A stretch of 24,219 nt of DNA from Rhodospirillales bacterium (lineage in GTDB: Bacteria > Pseudomonadota > Alphaproteobacteria > ATCC43930 > CGMCC-115725). Shown here in pieces: positions 8,661 through 16,575 of the stretch. The notes beneath the pieces were generated by a model. That model did no database searches. It saw only the letters and a program-made list of their open reading frames with translations, and was not told the origin of the DNA. Positions within the stretch are counted from its first letter, which is position 1. Each line of letters opens with the position of its first letter. The stretch is from contig JAATGI010000154.1 in assembly GCA_015654725.1 (NCBI GenBank), forward strand, positions 1 through 24,219. The letters run 5' to 3'. The position numbers were made by a program, and so were the translations under genes.

Positions 8661-9725
8661 ATGACCGTTCATGCGACGCATAACATCGATCCGGCCCGGC
8701 GGGAATTTTACCGCCGCATCGGCGAGCGCAATCTGGCGCCGCTGTGGGAAGTGCTGCACAAGCTCGTCACCGCGACGCCGGAAACCGCGATCGTGCCGCA
8801 TCTGTGGCGCTATGCCGAGCTGAAGCCCCATCTCCTCGAAGCCTGCGAGCTCATCACCGCGAAGGAAGCGGAACGCCGCGTTCTTGTCCTTGAAAACCCG
8901 GCTTTGCCGGGCGAATCGCGCATCACCAAGAGCCTGTTCGGCGGCCTGCAGATCATTCTCCCGGGCGAGATCGCGGCGCCGCATCGGCACACGCAAGCGG
9001 CGCTGCGCTTCGTCCTGGAAGGCGAGGGTGCCTACACCTCGGTCGATGGCGAGCGCACCTTCATGCGCCCGGGCGATTTCGTCATCACCCCGTCCTGGAC
9101 CTGGCACGATCACGGCAATGTCGGCACCGGGCCGATGGTGTGGCTCGACGGGCTCGACATGCACATGATTAAACTCTTCGAGGCGAGCTTCCGCGAAGGC
9201 TCGGGCTCCGATGCGGCCGGCCGGGTGTCCCGGCCCGAAGGCGATTCCGAGGCGCGCTACGGCGCCAATCTGCTGCCGGTCGAGGATTCCTACCGCCGCC
9301 CGACCTCGCCCGTGTTCAATTACCGCTACGACCGCACGCGCGAGGCGCTGGAACAAATGCGCCGCGAGAATGAATGGAGCCCGTGGCACGGGCTCAAGCT
9401 CAAATACGCCAATCCGAAGACCGGCGATTACGCCATCCCGACCATCGCCACCTTTATCCAGCTTCTGCCCAAGGGCTTCAAGACCGCGCCCTATCGCTCG
9501 ACGGCGAGCACCGTGTTCGTGTGCGTCGAAGGCGGCGGCAAGACCGTCGTCGGCGAAGGCGAGGCCACGCGGACATTTGCCTGGGGACCGCTCGATATCG
9601 TGGTGGTGCCGAGCTGGGAAATTTGCCGCCACGAGGCGGCCGAAGACGCCGTCCTGTTCAGCTATTCCGACCAGGGCGTCCACGAAAAGCTCGGCTTCTG
9701 GCGCGAGGAGAAATTCGACGCTTGA
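8661..9725 (+). CDS. gtdA: Gentisate 1,2-dioxygenase (bicupin; salicylate/aminosalicylate dioxygenase family)
   Basis: LAPLWEVL, AERRVLVLENP, HRHTQAALRFV, PGDFVITPSWTWHDH, WLDGLD, YRST and DIVVVPSW motifs; SD AAGGAG. Confidence 0.92.
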   Translation: MTVHATHNIDPARREFYRRIGERNLAPLWEVLHKLVTATPETAIVPHLWRYAELKPHLLEACELITAKEAERRVLVLENPALPGESRITKSLFGGLQIILPGEIAAPHRHTQAALRFVLEGEGAYTSVDGERTFMRPGDFVITPSWTWHDHGNVGTGPMVWLDGLDMHMIKLFEASFREGSGSDAAGRVSRPEGDSEARYGANLLPVEDSYRRPTSPVFNYRYDRTREALEQMRRENEWSPWHGLKLKYANPKTGDYAIPTIATFIQLLPKGFKTAPYRSTASTVFVCVEGGGKTVVGEGEATRTFAWGPLDIVVVPSWEICRHEAAEDAVLFSYSDQGVHEKLGFWREEKFDA

Positions 9726-9737
9726 GCGTCGTGGCGC

Positions 9738-10307
9738 TCATTCGCGCGGGAAAATGCGGGTAAATTTAATCCGCCGCGACAATTCGGCGGCGAAGGCCGG
9801 GCTGGACGCCACCAGGTAACAGGCGCTGGCGCCGCGCCATACCGCGATATCGACCTTGCTGTTGCCGACATAGGCAAAACCGGGATAGCGCGCCGCCAGC
9901 GCCGCTCGCTTGTTCTCGCCGATGAGATTGATTCGCCCGTCGCTCCCCAGATATTCATCGAACAGGCCGAGATAAGCGGCGACGCTACCGACGATGCCGC
10001 GATCCGCGCCCGACGCCAGCACGAGCCTGTGGCCCGCCGCCTTGCGGTCGCGCAGCCAGGCCAGCAGCGATGCGTTATAGCGGACCCGCGCCGGATCGAA
10101 GGCGGCGCGCTTGGCGATCTCGGCCTTGAGCACGGCGCGGCCGCGCCGCTCCCACAGCACATACATCGGCGCGAGCCAGGGCCGCCGCGCCAGCAGATGC
10201 AATCCCAATTCGACATTGAGGTCGCCGCGATAGAGCGTGCCGTCGAGATCGACGCAGACGACGGCGCCGGGCGCGAGTTCGGGCGCTGATGTAGGTTCAA
10301 GAACCAG
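9738..10307 (-). CDS. Stand-alone HAD-like domain of the type normally fused to UbiA prenyltransferases (start uncertain, possible frameshift)
   Basis: VCVDLDGTL motif at about 10259-10233, upstream of the track's TTG start; also LVLASGAD, LGSDGRINL and FAYVGNS..D..VW. Only a CTG (10307) lies between the in-frame stop and the motif. Confidence 0.65.
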   Translation of the reverse strand: MVLEPTSAPELAPGAVVCVDLDGTLYRGDLNVELGLHLLARRPWLAPMYVLWERRGRAVLKAEIAKRAAFDPARVRYNASLLAWLRDRKAAGHRLVLASGADRGIVGSVAAYLGLFDEYLGSDGRINLIGENKRAALAARYPGFAYVGNSKVDIAVWRGASACYLVASSPAFAAELSRRIKFTRIFPRE

Positions 10308-10337
10308 GATAAGACCCCATCGACTTCAGTCACTTTA

Positions 10338-10416
10338 TCGTCACCCCTGCGGAAGCAGGGGTCCAGGGGCAAACGAGTCGCGGTTGCCTTGGATTCCCGC
10401 TTCCGCGGGAATGACG
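10338..10416. repeat. CGTC-type REP doublet, copy 1
   Basis: CGTCACCCCTGC-GGAA-GCAGGGGTCCA ... TGGATTCCCGC-TTCC-GCGGGAATGACG; two inverted hairpin arms. Confidence 0.85.
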
Positions 10417-10452
10417 GAATTGTTCAAAAATCCGAGTAAATGGGGCTTCGCC

Positions 10453-10914
10453 CTATAGCGCTTCGACCAACTCCACCAGCCCGTCGAGACAGCCGAACCA
10501 ACCCTGTTGGTGCGAGACGCGCGCCGCTTCGTCGGCGATGCGCTCGTGCTGGACGATCACTTCGGTGGCGTCGCCGCGCCGCTCGAAGCGCACGGTGACG
10601 CGTTCCGTTGCTTGCGCCGGCGGCGCCGTTCCGCCTGCCGCGATTTCGCCCGGCGCCAATTCCCAGGAATAGATCAAGAGCCGCGGCGGCGCCACGGCCT
10701 CGAAGACGCCGCTGATCCACCACACGCTGCCGTCGGGAAATTGGTTGGCGAGGCGGTAACGGCCGCCGACGCGCAGATCGACTTCCGCCGCGGCGCAGAC
10801 GACGTGCGCCGGTCCCCACCAGACACGAAGCTGCTCCGGATCGGTCCAGGCCGCGAACAGGCGCTCGGGCGTGGCGCGAATGGTGCGCCGGACCAAGAGG
10901 GTGAGGTCGCTCAT
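10453..10914 (-). CDS. SRPBCC (AHSA1/START-like) domain protein
   Basis: ATGA overlap with the ArsR stop; RRTIRATPERLFAAWTDPE..WW, VDLRVGGRY, PPRLLIYSW and HQQGW motifs. Confidence 0.9.
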   Translation of the reverse strand: MSDLTLLVRRTIRATPERLFAAWTDPEQLRVWWGPAHVVCAAAEVDLRVGGRYRLANQFPDGSVWWISGVFEAVAPPRLLIYSWELAPGEIAAGGTAPPAQATERVTVRFERRGDATEVIVQHERIADEAARVSHQQGWFGCLDGLVELVEAL

Positions 10915-11279
10915 CGCCGGCCTCGCTTTGGTTTCGCCGGCGCCTCGACGAAGCGGGCCAGCGCCTCGAGCCGCTCCTCCCAGAAGCCGCGATAATGCTC
11001 GAGCCAGCGGCCGGCGTCCTTGAGCGGCGCCGCCGCGATGGCGCAGCGATGAACCCGGCCATCGACCGCGCGTTCGATCAGCGCGGCGGATTCGAGCACC
11101 TTCAGATGCTTCGATACCGCCGGCAGCGACATGGCGAAGGGCGCGGCAAGGTCGGTGACGCGCGCCGGCCCTTGCGCGAGGCGCGCCAGCAGCGCCCGGC
11201 GCGTGCGGTCCGCCAGCGCGTGAAACACCCGATCCAAGCTGTCCTCGGCAGTGGCCTTGCGTTGCGCGCTTGACGGCAT
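10911..11279 (-). CDS. ArsR/SmtB family transcriptional regulator
   Basis: LDRVFHALADRTRRALL, MSLPAVSKHLKVLE and GRVH motifs; C-terminal FWEERLEAL typical of SRPBCC-associated ArsRs. Confidence 0.92.
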   Translation of the reverse strand: MPSSAQRKATAEDSLDRVFHALADRTRRALLARLAQGPARVTDLAAPFAMSLPAVSKHLKVLESAALIERAVDGRVHRCAIAAAPLKDAGRWLEHYRGFWEERLEALARFVEAPAKPKRGRR

Positions 11280-11300
11280 CGGAAAACTCCGGCAATAAAT

Positions 11301-11316
11301 TAAACCATTCGGTTAA
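11301..11316. promoter_or_regulatory. Putative ArsR operator in the divergent promoter
   Basis: TAAACC-ATTC-GGTTAA (AACC-N4-GGTT core) in a 70-nt AT-rich gap. Confidence 0.5.
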
Positions 11317-11349
11317 TCAATTCAACCCGAACCAGGAGGCCCGGTCGCC

Positions 11350-11739
11350 ATGACGGCAAAGACGATTCGCCAGGAAGTGAAATTCGCCGCAAGCCCGAAG
11401 AAAGTCTATGACGCGCTGCTCGATTCGACGTCGTTCGCGGCATTTACCGGCGCGCCCGCGACCATCGACGCCAAGGTCGGCGGCGCGGTCAACGCCTTCG
11501 GCGGCATGATCGTCGGCACCAATCTCGAGCTGGTGCCCGGCCAGCGCATCGTCCAGGCCTGGCGCGCCGGCAATTGGCCCGAGGGCCACTATTCGATCGT
11601 GAAATTCGAGCTCGCCGCCGACGGCAAGGGCTCGAAGCTCGCGCTCGAACATTCCGGCGCGCCCGACGGCAGCGAGGAAATGCTCGAAGGCGGCTGGCAT
11701 AAAATGTATTGGGAGCCGCTCGCCAAATTCGTGGCGTAG
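11350..11739 (+). CDS. SRPBCC (AHSA1 C-terminal-like) domain protein
   Basis: SD AGGAGG; ASPKKVYDALLD, KVGGAVNAFGG, LVPGQRIVQAWR and GW...YWEPL motifs. Confidence 0.9.
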   Translation: MTAKTIRQEVKFAASPKKVYDALLDSTSFAAFTGAPATIDAKVGGAVNAFGGMIVGTNLELVPGQRIVQAWRAGNWPEGHYSIVKFELAADGKGSKLALEHSGAPDGSEEMLEGGWHKMYWEPLAKFVA

Positions 11740-11758
11740 CACGGTCGCGATCACCCGA

Positions 11759-11789
11759 TTGACCGGCGGCGGTGCCGCCGGAATATAGT
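11759..11789 (+). promoter_or_regulatory. Putative sigma70 promoter with 19-bp spacer and palindrome (MerR-type geometry)
   Basis: TTGACC (11759-64), N19, TATAGT (11784-89); perfect IR CCGGCGGC-GGT-GCCGCCGG at 11763-11781. Confidence 0.45.
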
Positions 11790-11816
11790 GCGGCATCGCC
11801 TCGATCGGAGATGCCG

Positions 11817-12395
11817 ATGCTCACCTTGTATTTCGCGCCTGGGTCCAGTTCGATGGCGCCGCATATCGCGCTCCATGAAATCGGCGCGCCGTTCGAGGCC
11901 AAGTCGCTGTCATTCGCCAAGAAGGAACAGCGCGCGCTGGCTTATTTGGCGCTCAATCCCGAAGGCAAGGTGCCGACCCTGCTGATCGACGGCCGGCCGC
12001 TGACCGAGGTCGCCGCGATTCTGTTTTATCTGGCGAAGCGCTTTCCCGAGGCGGAACTGCTGCCGCCCGGCGATCTCGACGCCGAGGCGCGGGCGTTGTC
12101 CTGGATGTCGTTCATCGCCTCGACCATCCATTCCGCGCGCCATCAGGGCGCCGACCACGTTCGCGCGGTGTGGGCCGTCGCGGATGGCAGGCTCGGCGCG
12201 CACGACTGGGCGCTCGGCCGCTATTCGATCGCCGACATCCATCTCTTCCGCCTTTATTGGCGCTTCGCCAACGCGTTCCATCCCGCGCCCGACGCGTTCC
12301 CCAACCTGGCCGCGCATTACCACCGCATGATGGCGCGCCCGGCCGTGCGCAAGACCTGCGCGATCGAGGCCGCCATCGGCTACGAACTGCCCTAG
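11817..12395 (+). CDS. Glutathione S-transferase (beta-like, Ser in place of the catalytic Cys)
   Basis: LYFAPGSSSMAPHIAL, NPEGKVPTL, LTEVAAILFYL and SIADIHLF motifs; SD GGAG 6 nt before ATG 11817. Confidence 0.9.
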   Translation: MLTLYFAPGSSSMAPHIALHEIGAPFEAKSLSFAKKEQRALAYLALNPEGKVPTLLIDGRPLTEVAAILFYLAKRFPEAELLPPGDLDAEARALSWMSFIASTIHSARHQGADHVRAVWAVADGRLGAHDWALGRYSIADIHLFRLYWRFANAFHPAPDAFPNLAAHYHRMMARPAVRKTCAIEAAIGYELP

Positions 12396-12400
12396 CGGAC

Positions 12401-12429
12401 TGGATCATCCCGCGCGCGCCGCTTAGGAT
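12401..12429 (+). promoter_or_regulatory. Weak candidate promoter for the SDR-SDR-LLM operon
   Basis: TGGATC-N17-TAGGAT upstream of SD AGGGAGG. Confidence 0.25.
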
Positions 12430-12454
12430 GCCGCGCGTCGTCAGGGAGGTTCGG

Positions 12455-13255
12455 GTGAAAGCCAATCAGATGTTCGACATGGCGGGGCCGGCCCCCATCG
12501 TTACCGGGCGCGCCTCGGGCATCGGCCTCGCCATGGCCGAGGTGATCGCCGAGCATGGCGCCGCCGTCACCATCATGGATATGAACGAAGCCGCGCTCGC
12601 AACCGAGGTCGCGCGCATGACGGGTCTCGGCTGGAAGGTCGAGGGCGCGGTCGCGAATGTCACGCAATTCGACCGGCTCGAAGCGGCGATCGGCGATGTC
12701 GCCAAGAAGCATGGCCGGCTCGATGTCTGCTTCGCCAATGCCGGCATGGGCGGCGGCCCCGGCATGTTCACGCCCGAGGGCGGCATTGAGAACATGTCGC
12801 TTGAGAACTACAAAAATACCATCGCGGTCAACCAGAACGGCGCCTTCGCCACGGCGAAATTTGCCGCCCAGCATATGATCCCGCGCAAATACGGCCGCAT
12901 CATCGTGACCGCGTCGGTGGCCGGCCTGTTTGCCGAGGGCACGTCCTATGCCTACGGCATGTCGAAAGCGGCGATCGCGCACCTGGTCGAGCCGCTGGCG
13001 CGCCAGCTCGCGCCGCACAACATCCTGGTCAACGCCATCGCGCCCGGCCCGTTCATCACCAATATCGGCAACGGTTATCTCCGCAAGAATAACGAGGCGA
13101 TCGCGCGCTGGGCGCAGATGGTGCCGCTAAACCGCATGGCCGAGACCGAGGAGATGAAGGGGCTGGCGTTGCTGCTCGCCTCGGGAGCTTCGAGCTATAT
13201 CACCGGCGACGTCATCATGATCGATGGCGGCAGTTCACAAATGCGGCTGTTCTGA
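12455..13255 (+). CDS. Classical SDR oxidoreductase (paralog 1, likely NAD-preferring)
   Basis: GTG start after SD GGGAGG; TGRASGIG, NAG, S, YGMSK and VNAIAPG motifs; Asp at the end of beta2 (IMDMN). Confidence 0.9.
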   Translation: MKANQMFDMAGPAPIVTGRASGIGLAMAEVIAEHGAAVTIMDMNEAALATEVARMTGLGWKVEGAVANVTQFDRLEAAIGDVAKKHGRLDVCFANAGMGGGPGMFTPEGGIENMSLENYKNTIAVNQNGAFATAKFAAQHMIPRKYGRIIVTASVAGLFAEGTSYAYGMSKAAIAHLVEPLARQLAPHNILVNAIAPGPFITNIGNGYLRKNNEAIARWAQMVPLNRMAETEEMKGLALLLASGASSYITGDVIMIDGGSSQMRLF

Positions 13256-13266
13256 GGGAGGACGCG

Positions 13267-14079
13267 ATGAACGCGAAGGAAATGTTCGACCTCACCGGCC
13301 ATGTCGCGCTGATCACCGGCGCCGCAAACGGAATCGGCCTGGCACACGCCGAAATATTGGCGGAGCACGGCGCCAAGGTCATGCTGACCAGCCGCAACGC
13401 CGCGACGCTCGATCCGCAAGTGGCGCGGCTCAAGGCGGCGGGGTTCGCCGTCGAGGGCATGGTCGCCGATGTCACCGACTATGACGCGCTCAAGGCGGCG
13501 TTCGACGCGACGGTGGCGAAATGGGGCAAGCTCGATATCGCCGTCGCCAACGCGGGCATCGGCGACGGCCACGGCATCGTCTCGCCCGCGGGCATGATCG
13601 AGACCCTGCCGTTGCAGAAATATCTCGACACGATCGCGATCAACCAGCACGGCGTGGTCAGCACGGTGCAGTTGGCGGCGCAGCGCATGATCCCGAATAA
13701 ATACGGGCGCATCATCATCATCTCGTCGATCGCGGGCCTCGCCTCGGAGCTGACGTCCTACGCCTATTCCATGTCGAAAGCCGCGATCCAGCATTTGGGC
13801 CGCATGGCGGCGCGGCAACTGACGCCCCATAACATTATCGTCAACGTGATGGCACCGGGGCCGACCTATACCCATATCGGCGATGGCGCGCTCGACAAGT
13901 TCCCCGAGGGTGCGAAACGCTTCGCCAGTATCATCCCGCGCGGCACGATCGGCCAAGTTGACGAGCTGAAGGGCCTGGCGCTGCTGCTCGCCTCGCCCGC
14001 CGCGAGCTTCATCAACGGCACGGTCATTCCCGTCGATGGCGGCGCCTTGACCATGCGCGTTCCCCGCCCCCAACAGTGA
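13267..14079 (+). CDS. Classical SDR oxidoreductase (paralog 2, likely NADP-preferring)
   Basis: TGAANGIG, NAG and YSMSK motifs; TSRN at the end of beta2; SD GGAGG. Confidence 0.92.
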   Translation: MNAKEMFDLTGHVALITGAANGIGLAHAEILAEHGAKVMLTSRNAATLDPQVARLKAAGFAVEGMVADVTDYDALKAAFDATVAKWGKLDIAVANAGIGDGHGIVSPAGMIETLPLQKYLDTIAINQHGVVSTVQLAAQRMIPNKYGRIIIISSIAGLASELTSYAYSMSKAAIQHLGRMAARQLTPHNIIVNVMAPGPTYTHIGDGALDKFPEGAKRFASIIPRGTIGQVDELKGLALLLASPAASFINGTVIPVDGGALTMRVPRPQQ

Positions 14080-14086
14080 GACAACA

Positions 14087-15118
14087 ATGGAACTCGAATT
14101 CGGCGCCGTCGATCACATCGACCAGCAGAACCGGCCGATTCACGAAACCTTCGACAGCCGGCTGAAGCTGATTCAGGCCTATGACAAGGCGGGCTTCTAC
14201 GCCTTCCATGTCACCGAGCATCATTTCACGCCCTTGGGCCTGTCGCCGTCGCCCAACGTATTCCTCGCGGCGGCGTCGCGGATCACCGAGCGGCTGCGTT
14301 TCGCGACGCTGGTCTATATCATGACGGCCTATCACCCGCTGCGGCTCGCGGAAGAGATCTGCATGATGGATCATCTGACGCATGGCCGCTTCGAGATCGG
14401 ATTGGGGCGCGGGGTCTCGCCGTTCGAGATCGGCTATTTCAACATCGATCATCTGCAGTCGCGCGCGATTTTCCGCGAGGCCTGGGACGTCGTTCTGGCC
14501 GCGCTGACCAAGGACAATGTCAGCTACGAAGGCAAATATTTCCAATGCCGCGAGGTGCCGATCGTGCTGAAGCCGTATCAGCTTCCGCACCCGCCGCTGT
14601 GGCAGGCGCCGGGCAACGCCGAGGGCGTCGCCAACGGCGCGCGCCTCAACATGAATCTGGGCTTCAACCGTCCCGCCAACCTCACCAAGCCGATGACCGA
14701 CCTCTACAAGAAGCTCTGGACCGAGACGCATGGCGCGAGCGGCAAGAAAATGCCGAAGCTCTCGGTCGGCGCGCATCTGTATGTCGATCACAACGAACAG
14801 CGCGCCAAGGAACGCGCCGAATTCGGCTACGAGGGCTGGTACAGGAGCTTCGCCCATCCGTGGCGCAAATTCGTCCCCATGGTGCCGGCGCAGGATCAGG
14901 GCGGCGCCTTCGGACGCCAACGTCTCGTCATCGCCGGCACGCCCGCGCAGGTGCGCGAGCAGATCGAGAAGCTGGTCGCCGATTGCGGCGCCAACTATTT
15001 TCTCGCCCGCTTCGCCTATGGCGATCTGCCCTATGAGGAAAGCGCCGCCTCGCTCGGCCTGTTCGTCGAGGAGGTGATGCCGCATTTCCGCGCGGCACCG
15101 TCGCGGCAGGCGGTCTGA
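14087..15118 (+). CDS. LLM-class (luciferase-like) flavin-dependent oxidoreductase
   Basis: TEHHF, SPSPNVFLAA, HPLRLAEEICMMDHL..GRFEIGLGRG and GTP..V motifs. Confidence 0.92.
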   Translation: MELEFGAVDHIDQQNRPIHETFDSRLKLIQAYDKAGFYAFHVTEHHFTPLGLSPSPNVFLAAASRITERLRFATLVYIMTAYHPLRLAEEICMMDHLTHGRFEIGLGRGVSPFEIGYFNIDHLQSRAIFREAWDVVLAALTKDNVSYEGKYFQCREVPIVLKPYQLPHPPLWQAPGNAEGVANGARLNMNLGFNRPANLTKPMTDLYKKLWTETHGASGKKMPKLSVGAHLYVDHNEQRAKERAEFGYEGWYRSFAHPWRKFVPMVPAQDQGGAFGRQRLVIAGTPAQVREQIEKLVADCGANYFLARFAYGDLPYEESAASLGLFVEEVMPHFRAAPSRQAV

Positions 15119-15142
15119 GTTCGATTTCATGGGAGAACAGGC

Positions 15143-15745
15143 ATGATCGGCAATTGGCGGGCGCGCGGCGCGCAATTCCTGCTGCTGGTTTTTGTAGCGG
15201 TGGGATTGTCGGGCTGCGGCGTCAACAAAATCCCGACGCTCGACGAGCAGGTGAAGGCGACGTGGAGCGAGGTGCTGAACCAATACAAACGCCGCGCCGA
15301 TCTGGTGCCGAACCTGGTCGAGACCGTGAAGGGCTACGCGGCGCAGGAGAAAACCGTTCTGACCGACGTCACCGAGGCACGCGCCAAGGCGACCCAGATG
15401 CAATTGCCCGACGACATCCTCAGCAATCCCGACGCCTTCAAGCAATTTCAGGCCAATCAGGCCCAACTCGGCGGCGCGCTCGGCCGGCTCCTGGCGATCA
15501 GCGAAAATTATCCGGACCTGAAATCGAACCAGAATTTCCTGGCGCTGCAATCGCAATTGGAAGGCACCGAGAACCGCATCGCGGTGGCGCGGCGCGACTA
15601 TATTCTCGCGGTCCAGGCCTATAACACCGAGCTGCGCACCATTCCGGGCCGCTGGATCGCGGCGCTGCTTTATCCCGACGCCAAGGTGAAAGAGACCTTC
15701 ACCATCGCCGAGGAAGACCAGAAGACCCCGCAGGTTAAGTTTTGA
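15143..15745 (+). CDS. lemA: LemA family (lipo)protein
   Basis: LSGC lipobox-like; QYKRRADLVPNLVETVKGYA; ENYPDLKSNQNFLALQSQLEGTENRIAVARRDY. Confidence 0.95.
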   Translation: MIGNWRARGAQFLLLVFVAVGLSGCGVNKIPTLDEQVKATWSEVLNQYKRRADLVPNLVETVKGYAAQEKTVLTDVTEARAKATQMQLPDDILSNPDAFKQFQANQAQLGGALGRLLAISENYPDLKSNQNFLALQSQLEGTENRIAVARRDYILAVQAYNTELRTIPGRWIAALLYPDAKVKETFTIAEEDQKTPQVKF

Positions 15746-16575
15746 ACGCGACCGGCGATTTGGATATTCACCACCCCGGCGAAAGCCGGGGTCCATTTCT
15801 CCGATCGATACCGGCTTTCGCCGGTATGGTGAAATTCCTTGGAATCGTGCTGCTCGCGCTGGCGCCGCTGAGTCACGCGCTCGCCGCCGACCTGACGTTT
15901 CCCCAGCTCACCGGCCGCGTTATGGACGAGGCCGGCTTGTTGTCGCCGGCCGCGCAAAACCAAATCACCGGCTGGCTTGCACAATTCGAGCAAACGACCA
16001 AGCGCCAGGTCGTGGTCGCGACGGTCACGAGTCTGCAAGGCGACACGATCGAGGATTACGGCTATCGGCTCGGCCGTGCCTGGGGCATCGGCGAGAAGGA
16101 CAAGAACACCGGCGCCATCCTTCTGGTGGCGCCCAATGAGCACAAGGTTCGGATCGAGGTCGGCTATGGGCTCGAGGGCGAGCTGACCGACGCCATCGGC
16201 GCCACCATCATCAACCAAGACATTCTGCCCGCGTTCCGCCAGGGCAATTATGAACAGGGCATCGTCGCCGGCACCGCGGCGATGTTGCAGGTGCTCGGCT
16301 GGAACGGCGCCAGTGCCGCGATACCCGTTGCACCGCAAGCGCGCGGGAGCAGTTTGGCCTTCATCCCGTGGCTGATTTTCCTGGTCTTTTTCATCTTCGT
16401 CTTCGCGCGGCTGTCGCGGCACCATCCGTTCCTCGCGGCGGGGCTCGGCATGTATGCGCTGGGCGGCGGCTTCGGCGGGCGGGGCGGGTTCGGCGGTGGT
16501 GGCGGCGGCTTCGGCGGCGGCTTCAGCGGGGGCGGCGGTTCGTTCGGGGGCGGCGGCGCCTCGGGAGGCTGGTGA
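15742..16575 (+). CDS. TPM-domain (YgcG-like) protein with Gly-rich tail; start at TTG 15742 or ATG 15826
   Basis: LTGRVMDEAGLL, WGIGEKDKNTGAILLVA, VRIEVGYGLEGELTD and GGSFGGGGASGGW motifs. Confidence 0.92.
   Translation: MNATGDLDIHHPGESRGPFLRSIPAFAGMVKFLGIVLLALAPLSHALAADLTFPQLTGRVMDEAGLLSPAAQNQITGWLAQFEQTTKRQVVVATVTSLQGDTIEDYGYRLGRAWGIGEKDKNTGAILLVAPNEHKVRIEVGYGLEGELTDAIGATIINQDILPAFRQGNYEQGIVAGTAAMLQVLGWNGASAAIPVAPQARGSSLAFIPWLIFLVFFIFVFARLSRHHPFLAAGLGMYALGGGFGGRGGFGGGGGGFGGGFSGGGGSFGGGGASGGW
15767..15833. repeat. REP doublet, copy 2, in frame in the 5' end of the TPM gene
   Basis: TTCACCACCCCGGC-GAAA-GCCGGGGTCCA ... GATACCGGC-TTTC-GCCGGTATGGTGAA. Confidence 0.85.

Noticed and set aside
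11817-13255. Lignin beta-etherase system (LigD/LigF/LigG-like) from GST + SDRs
   Set aside because: No specific resemblance recognised; the GST looks like a generic beta-like enzyme.
16441-16575. GGC-rich low-complexity repeat
   Set aside because: It encodes the normal Gly-rich tail of TPM proteins.
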